A stretch of 64,000 nt of DNA from Clostridia bacterium (GCA_045600145.1 JAZRXI010000023.1:16192-80191), one strand, 5' to 3'; counted from the first letter of the stretch, positions 17,257 to 27,455 are shown. Notes: generated from the sequence alone by a model not told the origin. Numbers and translations: made by a program.

Positions 17257-18496
17257 AAACGGTGTGCGCCTTTCAAACATAATTGCTCCGCAGTTTTACG
17301 GAGTGCATTGGGATATTGTGGATGAAAAGCACACTTATTACGATTTGTATGGCGGTCGTGGTAGCACGAAGTCCTCTTTCATCGGAACGGAAATCCCGCT
17401 TGGAATTATGCAAGATCCGAACGCAAACGGAATGGTGTTCCGAAAAGTAGGCTCCACCATAGGAACGAGCGTGTTCGAGCAGATGTTATGGGGAATAAAC
17501 GAACTCGGTGCAAATGACCTATGGAAAGCAACGACAAGCCCATATAAACTTACATACCGCCCGACCGGGCAGGTTATTATATTTCGCGGACTTGATAAGG
17601 CAAAGAAGTTAAAGTCCGTAAAGGTTGCGCGTGGATATTTCAAATATCTGTGGTTTGAGGAACTTGACGAATTCTCCGGCGAAGAAGAAATCCGAAGCGT
17701 TCAGCAGTCTGTTATGCGTGGCGGCACGAAGTTTGTTGTATTCAAATCATTCAACCCGCCGATAAGCAAAAGCAATTGGGCAAATCAATATGTGCTGAAA
17801 CCGAGAGACGATTCGCTTCGGCACAAATCTTGCTATTTAGATGTCCCGGAAGAATGGCTCGGAGAACAGTTTCTCAACGATGCCGAATATCTGAAAGACA
17901 CAAATCCGAGAGCATACGAACACGAATACCTCGGCAATCCCGTAGGAACGGGCGGCGAAGTATTTGAAAACCTTGATATCCGCGTAATAACAAATAACGA
18001 GATTGCTCGTTTCGATAACATCTATATGGGTATCGACTGGGGATGGTACCCCGACCCGTATCATTGGTGCAAAGTACATTACGACCCTGCACGCCTTACT
18101 CTTTATGTGTTCGATGAATTGAGAGCCAACAAAAAGAGCAACCGCGAGACATGGGAAATACTTCAAACCGAAAAAGGTGTTACCGGCGCCGATTTGATAA
18201 CGGCAGATAGCGCAGAGCCAAAGAGCGTGGGAGATTATCGGGAATACGGCTCGAATTGTAGAGGTGCGGAAAAAGGTCCGGACTCTGTTCGATACGGTAT
18301 CAAGTGGTTGCAATCTCTCAAATCAATAGTGATTGACCCTGTCCGCTGCCCCGCTACCGCAGAGGAATTCCAAAAGTACGAATATGACCGTACATCTGAC
18401 GGCGAGATTATAAGCGGATATCCCGATGAAAACAATCACTCGATAGATGCAATTAGATATAGTATGGAAAGAGTATGGAAACGAAGAGGGCGTTGA
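17240..18496 (+). CDS. terL: terminase large subunit (PBSX/XtmB-like)
   Basis: Walker A-like YGGRGSTKS, then WFEELDEF, with a nuclease-half D residues pattern. 418 aa. Confidence 0.9.
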   Translation: MKINAENGVRLSNIIAPQFYGVHWDIVDEKHTYYDLYGGRGSTKSSFIGTEIPLGIMQDPNANGMVFRKVGSTIGTSVFEQMLWGINELGANDLWKATTSPYKLTYRPTGQVIIFRGLDKAKKLKSVKVARGYFKYLWFEELDEFSGEEEIRSVQQSVMRGGTKFVVFKSFNPPISKSNWANQYVLKPRDDSLRHKSCYLDVPEEWLGEQFLNDAEYLKDTNPRAYEHEYLGNPVGTGGEVFENLDIRVITNNEIARFDNIYMGIDWGWYPDPYHWCKVHYDPARLTLYVFDELRANKKSNRETWEILQTEKGVTGADLITADSAEPKSVGDYREYGSNCRGAEKGPDSVRYGIKWLQSLKSIVIDPVRCPATAEEFQKYEYDRTSDGEIISGYPDENNHSIDAIRYSMERVWKRRGR

Positions 18497-18503
18497 TTTC
18501 ATT

Positions 18504-19100
18504 ATGAATGAAAAAGTTTTATATTTTAACGGATTAAAGTTTACACGGGATGATAAGACTGGGTATTACTTGAATTCGACAGTCAGAAAGAGAATGCACA
18601 GATATGTATGGGAATTCTTTAATGGTCCTATTCCAAAGTTTTATCAAGTGCATCACAAAGATGGGGATAAAAGTAATAATGACATTTCAAATCTTGAACT
18701 GATACGCATTGGAGAACATCAAAGTCAACACAATGAGCAGTTATCGGATATTGAAAGACAATGGAGACGGGACAACCTTATTAAAAACGCAATTCCAAAA
18801 GCGAAAGAATGGCATAAAAGCAAATCCGGAAAAGAATGGCACAAACAACACGCAAAGAAGTCGGAAGCACAAAGACCTTTATTGCATTTTAGTTGTGAGG
18901 TATGCGGAAAAGAGTTTGATAGCAGAAACACAAGAAGCCGCTTTTGCTCTGATGCTTGCAAATCTGCGTGGAGAAGGTCAACAGGTAAAAACAAAATTGA
19001 GAAAATATGTTCCGTATGCGGAAACACATTTATGACAGATAAATACAAAAACGCAAAAACCTGTTCCCGTTCTTGTGCAAACAAGATGAGAGCCACATAA
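18504..19100 (+). CDS. HNH endonuclease with two C-terminal CxxC...CxxxC modules
   Basis: VHHKDGDKSNNDISNLELI...H. CEVCGKEF...CSDAC and CSVCGNTF...CSRSC. Confidence 0.8.
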   Translation: MNEKVLYFNGLKFTRDDKTGYYLNSTVRKRMHRYVWEFFNGPIPKFYQVHHKDGDKSNNDISNLELIRIGEHQSQHNEQLSDIERQWRRDNLIKNAIPKAKEWHKSKSGKEWHKQHAKKSEAQRPLLHFSCEVCGKEFDSRNTRSRFCSDACKSAWRRSTGKNKIEKICSVCGNTFMTDKYKNAKTCSRSCANKMRAT

Positions 19101-19123
19101 TCTCTCAAAAGGCGGTTGAATAT

Positions 19124-20587
19124 ATGTTTTCAAGACTAAAAGAAATGATAAGAACGGTGGTGAGGAAATTGATACCGTATAAAGACATAGAAAAAGCAGA
19201 ACAGTTAGAAAGTCCGTTATCGAGCGATATGACAAATGCGCTTGACCTGTGGTACAAAATGTATCTCGACCAGGCGCCGTGGGTGGATAACGATTCGGTA
19301 TATTCCCTTAACCTGCCGGCTCTTATATGCTCGGAGATTGCACGACAGACTTTGCTTGAAATGAAATGGAATATATCAGGTCCTGTCAAAGAGGGAGCCG
19401 CAGAGGAAACCGAAAGCAAACGCGCGGTGTATCTCCACGATGAATTTGAGAAGCTCGTAACAAACCTGCGTACCAAACTTGAACAAGGATGCGCTTCGGG
19501 CGGTATGACAATAAAGCCATACTGCAAAGACGGTCATATCTATTTCGATTGGACTATGGCGTGGAGCCTTTACCCTGTTTCGTTCGGAGATGACGGCGAA
19601 CTTACCGATTGTATCTTCAGAGACACATTCATCAAAGGCAAAACGACTTACACGCGCTTGGAGCGCCATACGGTAGAGGGTACGGATGTAAAAATCACTC
19701 AACGCGCTTTCAAGTCCGAAACAAAGGACACTCTCGGTACGGAAATACCTTTGGCAGAAGTGCCACAATGGGAAGGACTGCAACCGGAAGCGATAGTCAA
19801 AGATGCAGAAGGTCAGATGTTCGGTTGGTACAAAACGCCTAACGCGAACAATATTGATATTGACTGTCCTATGGGTGTCAGCGTGTTCTCCAAAGCGACA
19901 AATGTTATCAAACAGGCAGATATGCAGTATAGCCGTTTGCTTTGGGAATATGAGGGCTCGGAACTTGCGGTTGATGTTGACCCGAACGCGCTCAAACCGA
20001 AGCCGAATGCTGACGGAAGTATGGATGTGCCGAAACTCAATAAGCGGTTGTTTCGCGGCGTTGATTTGGGAGAAGATAGTACATATCGGGTATTTAATCC
20101 GCCCATCCGCGACACTTCCATTCTTGCCGGTCTTAATCAGCTATTAACGCGCATCGAAGACCTTGTCGGTATGGGGCGCGGTACATTTGCAGAGCCGAAT
20201 CAAGACGCTAAAACGGCTACGGAACTGCGCATCAACAAACAAAGGTCTTATTCCACTATAAAGGATAATCAAGACGCATTGGAACGGTGCTTGCGCGATG
20301 TTGTTCGTGCTATGGATAAGTACGCAACACTTTACAAACTCGCGCCGAAAGGCGAATATGAGGTTTCTTTTGAGTGGGATGACAGTATCATAACCGATAC
20401 GGGCGAACAGTTAAAAGAACGGATTGAATTATTCCAAAACGGTATAGTTGGTAAACCCGAACTTCGTCAATGGTATTTTGGGGAGACGGAGGCACAAGCT
20501 GTTGCCGCAATAGCCGCCATTGAGAAAGAAAAAGAAAATCAATTGGTAGGGGTAGAAGACCTTTTGCCGACATTGCCGAGTGATTGA
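19124..20587 (+). CDS. portal protein (SPP1 gp6-like)
   Basis: Position after the terminase, size 487 aa, N-terminal LDLWYKMY...APW pattern. Confidence 0.8.
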   Translation: MFSRLKEMIRTVVRKLIPYKDIEKAEQLESPLSSDMTNALDLWYKMYLDQAPWVDNDSVYSLNLPALICSEIARQTLLEMKWNISGPVKEGAAEETESKRAVYLHDEFEKLVTNLRTKLEQGCASGGMTIKPYCKDGHIYFDWTMAWSLYPVSFGDDGELTDCIFRDTFIKGKTTYTRLERHTVEGTDVKITQRAFKSETKDTLGTEIPLAEVPQWEGLQPEAIVKDAEGQMFGWYKTPNANNIDIDCPMGVSVFSKATNVIKQADMQYSRLLWEYEGSELAVDVDPNALKPKPNADGSMDVPKLNKRLFRGVDLGEDSTYRVFNPPIRDTSILAGLNQLLTRIEDLVGMGRGTFAEPNQDAKTATELRINKQRSYSTIKDNQDALERCLRDVVRAMDKYATLYKLAPKGEYEVSFEWDDSIITDTGEQLKERIELFQNGIVGKPELRQWYFGETEAQAVAAIAAIEKEKENQLVGVEDLLPTLPSD

Positions 20588-20592
20588 AAATT

Positions 20593-22116
20593 ATGGCTGA
20601 TTATAAATTTGATTGGGATAAATACAGTTCAGGAACAGAATCAACCGACAAACTTGTTGACAAGATTATCGGCAGACTTGACGAAGTAAATACAATATAC
20701 ATTAAAAAAATTGCAGAACAAATAAAGACAATCGGCGAACTTAATCCGTCAAGTTTGAACAAAATCGAAATGATGTCGGATATGGGTACGGATGTTGCCG
20801 ATATAAATCGCAGACTTCAAGAATTCGCAAGATTAAGTCGAAAAGATTTATATAAATTGTATGATAAAGCATTAAACGAAACTTATTCCGATTCTCGTTT
20901 TGAAGAAGCAATCAAAGAAAAAGGTGTATCAAAAGAAGGAAAAGAAAGACTTGAACGCTTTGCCCGTAACATAAGTATTCAAACGGCAAACGAAATGCAA
21001 AACTTCTCTAATACAACAGTAATATCCGAAAATTATCGAAATGCCGTTGACAAAGCGATAATGGCTGTTTATTCCGGCGTTACGGATTATAACAGTGCTG
21101 TAAGGGATATAATAAGAGAGATAGGTTATAACGGGTTGCAACTTGAATATGAAAGCGGATACCACAGAAGAATGGACACCGCATTGAAACAAAATATTAT
21201 TGACGGCGTTCGACAAATAAGACAAACATCCGCATTGATGTTAGGTGAAGAACTCGGTTATGATGCAGTTGAACTTTCTGCACACTTGCGTTCTGCTCCA
21301 GACCACGAACCTGTACAGGGACGCGTATTTCTTAAAGCAGAATTTGAGAAAATGCAAAATGGCGAAAACTTCAAGGATGTTGACGGAAACAACTATTCCG
21401 GATTTGAACGCCCAATAGGTCAATGGAACTGCCGCCATTTGTTTTCAGCTTTTTCAACGAAGTATTCAATCAGAGCATATACTGATGAGCAACTTGAAGA
21501 GTATAAACGACTTAATCACAAGGGATGCGAAATAGACAGTAAACATTATACTATTTATGAAGCATCGCAACTGATGAGGCGTATAGAAACTGAAATAAGA
21601 CGGCAAAAAGGGGCTTCTGTTGTCGCAAAAACTTCCGGCGATACAGAACTTCGTAAAGAATGCCAAAGAAAAATAAATGTCCTTTCAGCTAAATATTATC
21701 AAATAGCCAACAAATCAAATATAAGACCGAGCGGAGACAGATTGACGGTTGAAGGATTTAGGGCAGTAAAATTGACATTTACTCAGAAAGATGGTATAAT
21801 AAGCAACGGAAAAGCCGATATACCGGAAGCAAAACTTACAAAGTATCTTCTAAAGTCGGGAACAACGCACTATTCAGAATTTACCTCAGTAGGATATTCA
21901 CAAAAAAGCACTTCTTTGCTTGCGGAAACCTTGCTAAAACAATTTGATATGAATAAAGCAAGAGATTTTAAGGATTACCCAAAAGGCGGGACAGGATTCG
22001 TTATTGAGATGCAACTCGGAAAAGAAAAAACAAAGCCATTTACTACCGTATGGCAAACTCTTCCGAACGGAAATCCGAGATTTGTTACTGCGTATAGAAA
22101 GGGTGTGGGAAAATGA
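20593..22116 (+). CDS. MuF/SPP1 gp7-like head morphogenesis protein with an extra C-terminal domain
   Basis: Follows the portal. Central HEPVQGRVF...NCRH MuF-type motif. The last ~95 aa (KLTKYLLKSG...PRFVTAYRK) form a separate DUF6883-like module. Confidence 0.75.
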   Translation: MADYKFDWDKYSSGTESTDKLVDKIIGRLDEVNTIYIKKIAEQIKTIGELNPSSLNKIEMMSDMGTDVADINRRLQEFARLSRKDLYKLYDKALNETYSDSRFEEAIKEKGVSKEGKERLERFARNISIQTANEMQNFSNTTVISENYRNAVDKAIMAVYSGVTDYNSAVRDIIREIGYNGLQLEYESGYHRRMDTALKQNIIDGVRQIRQTSALMLGEELGYDAVELSAHLRSAPDHEPVQGRVFLKAEFEKMQNGENFKDVDGNNYSGFERPIGQWNCRHLFSAFSTKYSIRAYTDEQLEEYKRLNHKGCEIDSKHYTIYEASQLMRRIETEIRRQKGASVVAKTSGDTELRKECQRKINVLSAKYYQIANKSNIRPSGDRLTVEGFRAVKLTFTQKDGIISNGKADIPEAKLTKYLLKSGTTHYSEFTSVGYSQKSTSLLAETLLKQFDMNKARDFKDYPKGGTGFVIEMQLGKEKTKPFTTVWQTLPNGNPRFVTAYRKGVGK

Positions 22117-22316
22117 TTGAATTATATAAAAAGGCAATATTAAAAAAGCATAATCTGATTGTCACTGTTGTAGATAATATAGGCGACACAAATGATGGAG
22201 ATAAATACTACTATGTAGAAACAGAAGAACCACATCCCGAAATTGTAGACGGAGAAGTAACAGGCGCATTTCACGCATTTGTTGTTTCCGAGGATGAATT
22301 GGAAGAAATAAAATAA
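22113..22316 (+). CDS. small acidic protein
   Basis: ATGA coupling to the MuF gene. 67 aa, Asp/Glu-rich. Confidence 0.45.
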   Translation: MIELYKKAILKKHNLIVTVVDNIGDTNDGDKYYYVETEEPHPEIVDGEVTGAFHAFVVSEDELEEIK

Positions 22317-22353
22317 TAATTGAAAAACATAAATAAATCAAAACAATAGTACA

Positions 22354-22392
22354 AGCCTGATTTATACGAAAGTATAAACCGGGCTTTTATTA
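22354..22392 (+). terminator. intrinsic terminator (imperfect stem)
   Basis: AGCC..TTTATAC-gaaa-GTATAAA..GGCT followed by TTTTATTA. Confidence 0.45.
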
Positions 22393-22529
22393 TGCCCAAA
22401 AACGGTATTAGGTCGAAAGACTTGATATAAATACCCTACCGTGCCGGGAAATAAATGCACGGGCACCACATCCGGAGAGTGGCTTCGGAAATACAAAATA
22501 AATCAATGGTAGCGAAACAGGAGGAAATT

Positions 22530-23195
22530 ATGGAATTTCTGAAAAAATTATTCAACGGCGAGGCACTTACCTTTGAACAACTCGAAGAAAAGGTAAAGGC
22601 CGAAAAACTCAACATTGTCGATATCTCGCAGGGCGGATATGTCAGTCGTGAAAAATTCGATGACAAAACGGGCGCTCTCAATCAGCAGATTGCTGATTTG
22701 CAGGGACAGATTGCACAGCGCGACACCGATATGAACGACCTCAAGACAAAACTTGCCGATGCACAGGCAGACGCGGGCAAACTCGGCGCAGTTCAGCAGT
22801 CCCTTACGGACTTGCAGACGAAATATGATGCCGATAAGCAGAGTTACGAAAGCAAACTCACCAAACAGGCGTATGAATTTGCGGTGCGTGAAAAGGCAAA
22901 CGGCTTGAAGTTTACTTCCAACGGCGCAAAGCGTGCATTTGTTCAGGATGCTATCGCAAAAGGCTTCACAATGGATGGCGAAACTCTGTTGGGCTTCGAT
23001 GACTATGTAGCCAAGTATAAGACAGATGACCCCGATGCATTTAAGCCCGAAGCGGATCCGGCAGACCCCGGCACTCCGACTATCGTTCTCCCTGCAGGAA
23101 AACAGGCTCCGACCGGAAAAGCGAAAAGCCTTATCGAAATGATGAAAGCAAAAAACGAAAATCCGAATATGGAAGTCAACTTTGAAAACAAGTAA
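22530..23195 (+). CDS. capsid scaffolding protein
   Basis: CAGGAGG RBS. MEFLKKLF...coiled-coil QQIADLQGQIAQRD. Directly upstream of the capsid gene. Confidence 0.7.
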   Translation: MEFLKKLFNGEALTFEQLEEKVKAEKLNIVDISQGGYVSREKFDDKTGALNQQIADLQGQIAQRDTDMNDLKTKLADAQADAGKLGAVQQSLTDLQTKYDADKQSYESKLTKQAYEFAVREKANGLKFTSNGAKRAFVQDAIAKGFTMDGETLLGFDDYVAKYKTDDPDAFKPEADPADPGTPTIVLPAGKQAPTGKAKSLIEMMKAKNENPNMEVNFENK

Positions 23196-23216
23196 TCAAT
23201 CAAAAGGAGGATAATT

Positions 23217-24620
23217 ATGTCTGAAGTATTCAACCACAAAATCTTTAACGGAGAGGTCTTTCAGAAATACATTGACCGTCTCCCCAACACCAACCGCACA
23301 GAACTGATTAAGTCCCGCGCAATTCGTCAGCGCCCCGAACTCGCAAGCTCTATGGCAGACCAGAACGGCGGCAACTACATCACCACCCCTCTCAAAGGTC
23401 TTATCAGCGGAAGCGTTCCGCAGAACTATGACGGAAGCACCAACCTTGATTCCAACGATACCTACACTTTCAGCCACTCCCGTGTGGTTGTAGGTCGTAT
23501 GAACTCTTGGAATGAGCGCGATTTCTCCTATGACATCACAAGCGGCGAAGACTTCCTCGAAAATGTTGCGGAACAGGTCTCTGAATATTGGGATGAAGTC
23601 GACCAGGCAACACTTGTTCACATTCTGAACGGTATTTTCAAGATGTCTGATGAGGAAGGTCTCAAATTCGTTTCCGCGCACACTTACGATGTTTCTGCGA
23701 AGCTCAACAGCGAGGGAACTCTCGGCAATATGGACGGTACCACTCTCAATACCTGTATGCAGAGAGCCTGCGGCGATAACAAGGGTAAGTTCAGCCTTGC
23801 TATTATGCACTCGTTTGTTGCGACCAATATGGAAAACCTTAAACTGTTGGCATATCTCAAATATACCGACAAAGACGGTATCACCCGCGACCTTGCAATC
23901 GGCACTCTCAATGGCCGTACTGTCCTCGTTGATGACAATATGCCCGTTGCCGAAACCGTTGTTACCGCAGAAGTCAAGGGCGTACATACCATTACCGTAA
24001 ACACTCCCGGTGTAGCCGGCGATAAGGTTTCCTTTGGTGGCGTAGAGTACACTTTCGACACCGCAACAAGTTACGAAAACAAGACCATTGCGGTCGGCTC
24101 TTCTGCATCCGACCAGGCAACCGCTATCAAAACTGTTCTTGCAACACAGTATGACGGAATTTTCTCCATCACAAAGAGTGGCGCGGTTGTTACGCTTACT
24201 CAGGTTGTCGGCGGTACCGGCGATAAACCTGCAATCGAAATTCCCGATGGCGATACCGTTGAAATCACCGCTGCGACTACCACCGTTGGTGTTGCCCGTG
24301 TTGTAAAAACCGTTTACACCACCTATGTTCTCGGTGATGGCGCTATCGAATACACCGACTGCGGTGCAAAGGTGCCTTATGAGATGGACCGCAACCCCGA
24401 AAAGCACGGCGGCGAGGAAACCCTTTATTCTCGTCAGAGAAAGTCGTTTGCTCCTTACGGCATCAGCTTTACCAAAGCGCAGATGGCGAAGCCGTCTCCT
24501 ACCGACATCGAACTTGAACTCGGCATCAACTGGGAACTCGTCAATTCGCAGGAGACCGATGACAAGAAGTATATCGCGCATAAGTCTATTCCGATTGCGC
24601 GTGTACTGTCGTTGGGTTAA
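23217..24620 (+). CDS. major capsid protein
   Basis: AAGGAGG RBS, 467 aa, position after the scaffold, strong codon bias. Confidence 0.8.
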   Translation: MSEVFNHKIFNGEVFQKYIDRLPNTNRTELIKSRAIRQRPELASSMADQNGGNYITTPLKGLISGSVPQNYDGSTNLDSNDTYTFSHSRVVVGRMNSWNERDFSYDITSGEDFLENVAEQVSEYWDEVDQATLVHILNGIFKMSDEEGLKFVSAHTYDVSAKLNSEGTLGNMDGTTLNTCMQRACGDNKGKFSLAIMHSFVATNMENLKLLAYLKYTDKDGITRDLAIGTLNGRTVLVDDNMPVAETVVTAEVKGVHTITVNTPGVAGDKVSFGGVEYTFDTATSYENKTIAVGSSASDQATAIKTVLATQYDGIFSITKSGAVVTLTQVVGGTGDKPAIEIPDGDTVEITAATTTVGVARVVKTVYTTYVLGDGAIEYTDCGAKVPYEMDRNPEKHGGEETLYSRQRKSFAPYGISFTKAQMAKPSPTDIELELGINWELVNSQETDDKKYIAHKSIPIARVLSLG

Positions 24621-24643
24621 TCTTTCACAGGAGGTAAGGAACA

Positions 24644-25030
24644 ATGCACAATCGGTATCTTTCATACACCGAATACACAACTCGCGGTGGCTCCTTGCCT
24701 CAGACGGAGTTTGACATAGCCGAATTCCGCGCAAGAAAACGCATTGATTATTTAACCGATTCTCGTGTGCAGAATATGAAAACTGTGCCGGAATCGGTTA
24801 AATTGTGCGTATTCAGCCTTATAGGTCTTGATAGTGTTGTCGGAACGGAAGCACAGGTCAAAAATCCTGTCGTTACATCGTATAGCACGGATGGATATTC
24901 CGAGAACTACGGAAAGGCAATGGGGACACAGGAAGCGGAAAGAAGTATGAATGCTCTCGTTAATTCCTATTTGTTCGGTGAGCTTGATGACAATGGCACT
25001 CCCTTGCTATACAGGGGGGTGAGGGGTTGA
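24644..25030 (+). CDS. head-tail connector / adaptor protein
   Basis: Position and size (128 aa); CAGGAGG RBS. Confidence 0.5.
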   Translation: MHNRYLSYTEYTTRGGSLPQTEFDIAEFRARKRIDYLTDSRVQNMKTVPESVKLCVFSLIGLDSVVGTEAQVKNPVVTSYSTDGYSENYGKAMGTQEAERSMNALVNSYLFGELDDNGTPLLYRGVRG

Positions 25031-25440
25031 AACTCTGCAACGAAACAATAACCGTCTATAACGCAAAGTATGACAAGACCGCCGATGCGGATGTTTATAT
25101 CAAAACGGTAATAATCGGCGTTTCTTGGTTTTGCGAAATCGCTACTAATGTAGATAAAGACGGTCTTAAAGCGGCGAATAAGTTTATTATACGAATTCCC
25201 GAAGATGCTGATTTCGGTGGAAAGGATTACGCAAAGCCATCGGATTATGCGAAAGCACAGGATGTATCAAAACTGTTCACGCTCAAAGCCGGAGATATTG
25301 TTGTCAAAGGTATTGCTACGGAAACATCCCCAAAGCCTGCCGATTTGCACAAACTGTACAACGATGTAACGACCATTCTCGGAGTAACGGACAACAGACG
25401 TGCGCCGCATGGGAAGCATTGGAAAGTGGTAGGTGCGTAA
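25027..25440 (+). CDS. head-tail joining protein (putative)
   Basis: Coupled non-ATG start. 137 aa in the head-tail module. Confidence 0.4.
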   Translation: MKLCNETITVYNAKYDKTADADVYIKTVIIGVSWFCEIATNVDKDGLKAANKFIIRIPEDADFGGKDYAKPSDYAKAQDVSKLFTLKAGDIVVKGIATETSPKPADLHKLYNDVTTILGVTDNRRAPHGKHWKVVGA

Positions 25441-25895
25441 TGAGCAAGATTATAAGCGCAAAGTTTGAATGGAACAACGGCGCAGACCTATCGAAGCTCT
25501 GTGGACTTGATAAAGACGGCCGCGTTCAAAAGGCTATCGACAATGCGGTAATAGCACATTGCATTCCGTATTGTCCGATGGATACGGGAACATTGGCGAA
25601 AAGCCCATATTCCGCAAGTACGCCCGGAAAGGTCGTTTATCCCGGTCCGTATGCGCGTTATCTGTACTACGGCAAGGTAATGGGTCCGAACATACCCGTT
25701 TTCGATGACAATAGCGGAGAGCCGACACGGTTTTTCTCACCGCCCGGACAGAAAAAACATCTCACAGGCAAAGACCTTACTTATAGGACTGACAAAAACC
25801 CACTCGCAGGGGCGTTTTGGTTTGAACGAATGAAAGCAGACCACTCAAAAGATATTCTGAAGGAGGCGAAAGCAGTTGCCGGAAGTAGAAAATAA
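25440..25895 (+). CDS. HK97 gp10-like tail-completion / minor capsid protein
   Basis: ATG 25440 overlaps the upstream TAA. IPYCPMDTGTLAKS motif. Confidence 0.5.
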   Translation: MSKIISAKFEWNNGADLSKLCGLDKDGRVQKAIDNAVIAHCIPYCPMDTGTLAKSPYSASTPGKVVYPGPYARYLYYGKVMGPNIPVFDDNSGEPTRFFSPPGQKKHLTGKDLTYRTDKNPLAGAFWFERMKADHSKDILKEAKAVAGSRK

Positions 25896-26316
25896 CTATG
25901 ATAATCTGCGTAAATGGTTTCGCGGATGCCCGGCGCTTTCTGCCGACAATCGCTTTCGTATAGACTTCCTTTCGGAAGACCCCACCGAATATGCTCTGTA
26001 TGCAGTTCCTACGGTTATCAAATACCGCGAAAATGTGTTGGGTGAAGCCATTCCGCAAAGAATACAGGAACTCAACTTTATTTTTGCATCCAAAGAGCAG
26101 TATGGCGCAGATGTTCAACAGAATCTCGCAAATCTCGGCTTTTATGACGAGGTTGTGAATTGGGTAATCGAACAGAACGCCGAAAGGAATTTCCCTACCA
26201 TCAACGAGGGAACTGTTATCTCAATCATACCAACGCTTACGCAGTATGCCGCTGAGGTTGGCAGCGACAGCGCAAAATATCAAATCCAACTAAAACTCAC
26301 ATACAAACGCAAATAA
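25876..26316 (+). CDS. tail terminator-like structural protein (putative)
   Basis: 146-aa ORF with a TTG start between the head-tail genes and the tail tube gene. Confidence 0.4.
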   Translation: MPEVENNYDNLRKWFRGCPALSADNRFRIDFLSEDPTEYALYAVPTVIKYRENVLGEAIPQRIQELNFIFASKEQYGADVQQNLANLGFYDEVVNWVIEQNAERNFPTINEGTVISIIPTLTQYAAEVGSDSAKYQIQLKLTYKRK

Positions 26317-26344
26317 ATTCATATCACGAAAGGAAATATTTATT

Positions 26345-26863
26345 ATGGGAAAACTTGACCGTAACAGATTGATGTTCTTCGCAGGTTTCTTGCAGGAGGG
26401 TCAAAGCAAATCCGCTCCCGGCGATGTTGATTGGGAAGTTCTCGGCGTTGACAACGACGACCTCTCCAAAGAACTCAACCCCGACACTGAAACTTCAAAG
26501 AATGTCCTTCTTGAAGCAACATTCAAACATAAGGGTTATGAGCCGGAAGTTTCGGTAGATCCGTACTATGCCGATGAAGACTCTGCCCTTTATGAAAAAC
26601 TGCTCGCAGCGGCAGTACAGGAAAAATTCGGTGATTCCGATATCAAAGGTTACTTTGTTGAGGTTGTTTTCAGCACCGCAACGGCGACCACTCTCACCGG
26701 CACTGGTTATATGCGTGAGGCTTATATCGTTCCTCAGTCCACAGGCGGCGGAACGGAAGGTCTCGGCATTCCGTTTAATGTAAACCCTGTTGGTCCTATG
26801 ACCGCGGTTACTGTTACCTACACGATTTCTACCCGTGCGGTAACTATCGCTATCCCCACATAA
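26345..26863 (+). CDS. major tail (tube) protein
   Basis: 172 aa, upstream of the chaperone and tape-measure genes, followed by a hairpin. Confidence 0.6.
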   Translation: MGKLDRNRLMFFAGFLQEGQSKSAPGDVDWEVLGVDNDDLSKELNPDTETSKNVLLEATFKHKGYEPEVSVDPYYADEDSALYEKLLAAAVQEKFGDSDIKGYFVEVVFSTATATTLTGTGYMREAYIVPQSTGGGTEGLGIPFNVNPVGPMTAVTVTYTISTRAVTIAIPT

Positions 26864-26880
26864 TCAGAAATCATAAAATA

Positions 26881-26914
26881 AAGGCAGGTTTGGGTTTCGG
26901 CTCAAATCTGCCTT
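26881..26914 (+). terminator. hairpin after the major tail gene (weak U tract)
   Basis: AAGGCAGGTTTG...CAAATCTGCCTT. Confidence 0.35.
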
Positions 26915-26939
26915 TATCATAATATCGGGAGGATTAAAT

Positions 26940-27455
26940 ATGTCTGATAAAAATATTCTTCGCGCCGTTGTTGATGACGGTACACGCGAAATTCCGATTG
27001 TAAATAAATTCGGAAAAACTATCTGCAAGGTTTATTTCAGACCTGCGGATTATTCCATCATTGACCGATATAACGAACTTGTAAAAGAGTTTGATACATT
27101 GGTAGAGCCTCTTAAGGATATCTCAATCAAGAATGACGGTACGGCCGTATTTGAAAAGGATTGGGAGATTCTCAAAAATGTTGAAAATGTCGTAAAGCAG
27201 AAGCTTAATGAACTGTTCGATATGGAAGAAGCAGACGAAATCTTTGCAAAGAGAAACGCCTTTTCTTCTGTCGGCGGTGAGTTTTTCTGTTTGCACGTAA
27301 TCAATGCACTTGGCGATGTTATCACGACCGCCATTTCAAACGAAGCAAAGTTGTCAAAAAAGCGTATGGACAAATACCTTGCCGACATTGAGCCTATCAG
27401 TGTCCCGGAGGTGAATGACAATGCTGGGGCAACTTCCGACAACGCTGACAATTAA
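26940..27455 (+). CDS. tail assembly chaperone
   Basis: Position between the tube and tape-measure genes; acidic C-terminus; GGGAGG RBS. Confidence 0.55.
   Translation: MSDKNILRAVVDDGTREIPIVNKFGKTICKVYFRPADYSIIDRYNELVKEFDTLVEPLKDISIKNDGTAVFEKDWEILKNVENVVKQKLNELFDMEEADEIFAKRNAFSSVGGEFFCLHVINALGDVITTAISNEAKLSKKRMDKYLADIEPISVPEVNDNAGATSDNADN

Noticed and set aside
23196-24734. 512-aa ORF on the minus strand, the longest minus-strand ORF in the phage.
   Set aside because: It is exactly antisense to the major capsid gene, has no RBS, and has a low-complexity Arg/Gly/Val-rich composition. It is a shadow ORF created by the codon bias of the capsid gene.
27415-27455. Overlap of the tail chaperone ORF with the next ORF, as a possible G/GT-type programmed frameshift.
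   Set aside because: The downstream ORF is in the +1 frame, not -1, relative to 26940-27455. It has its own GGAGGTG RBS and ATG (27421), and I see no XXXYYYZ slippery heptamer in the overlap.
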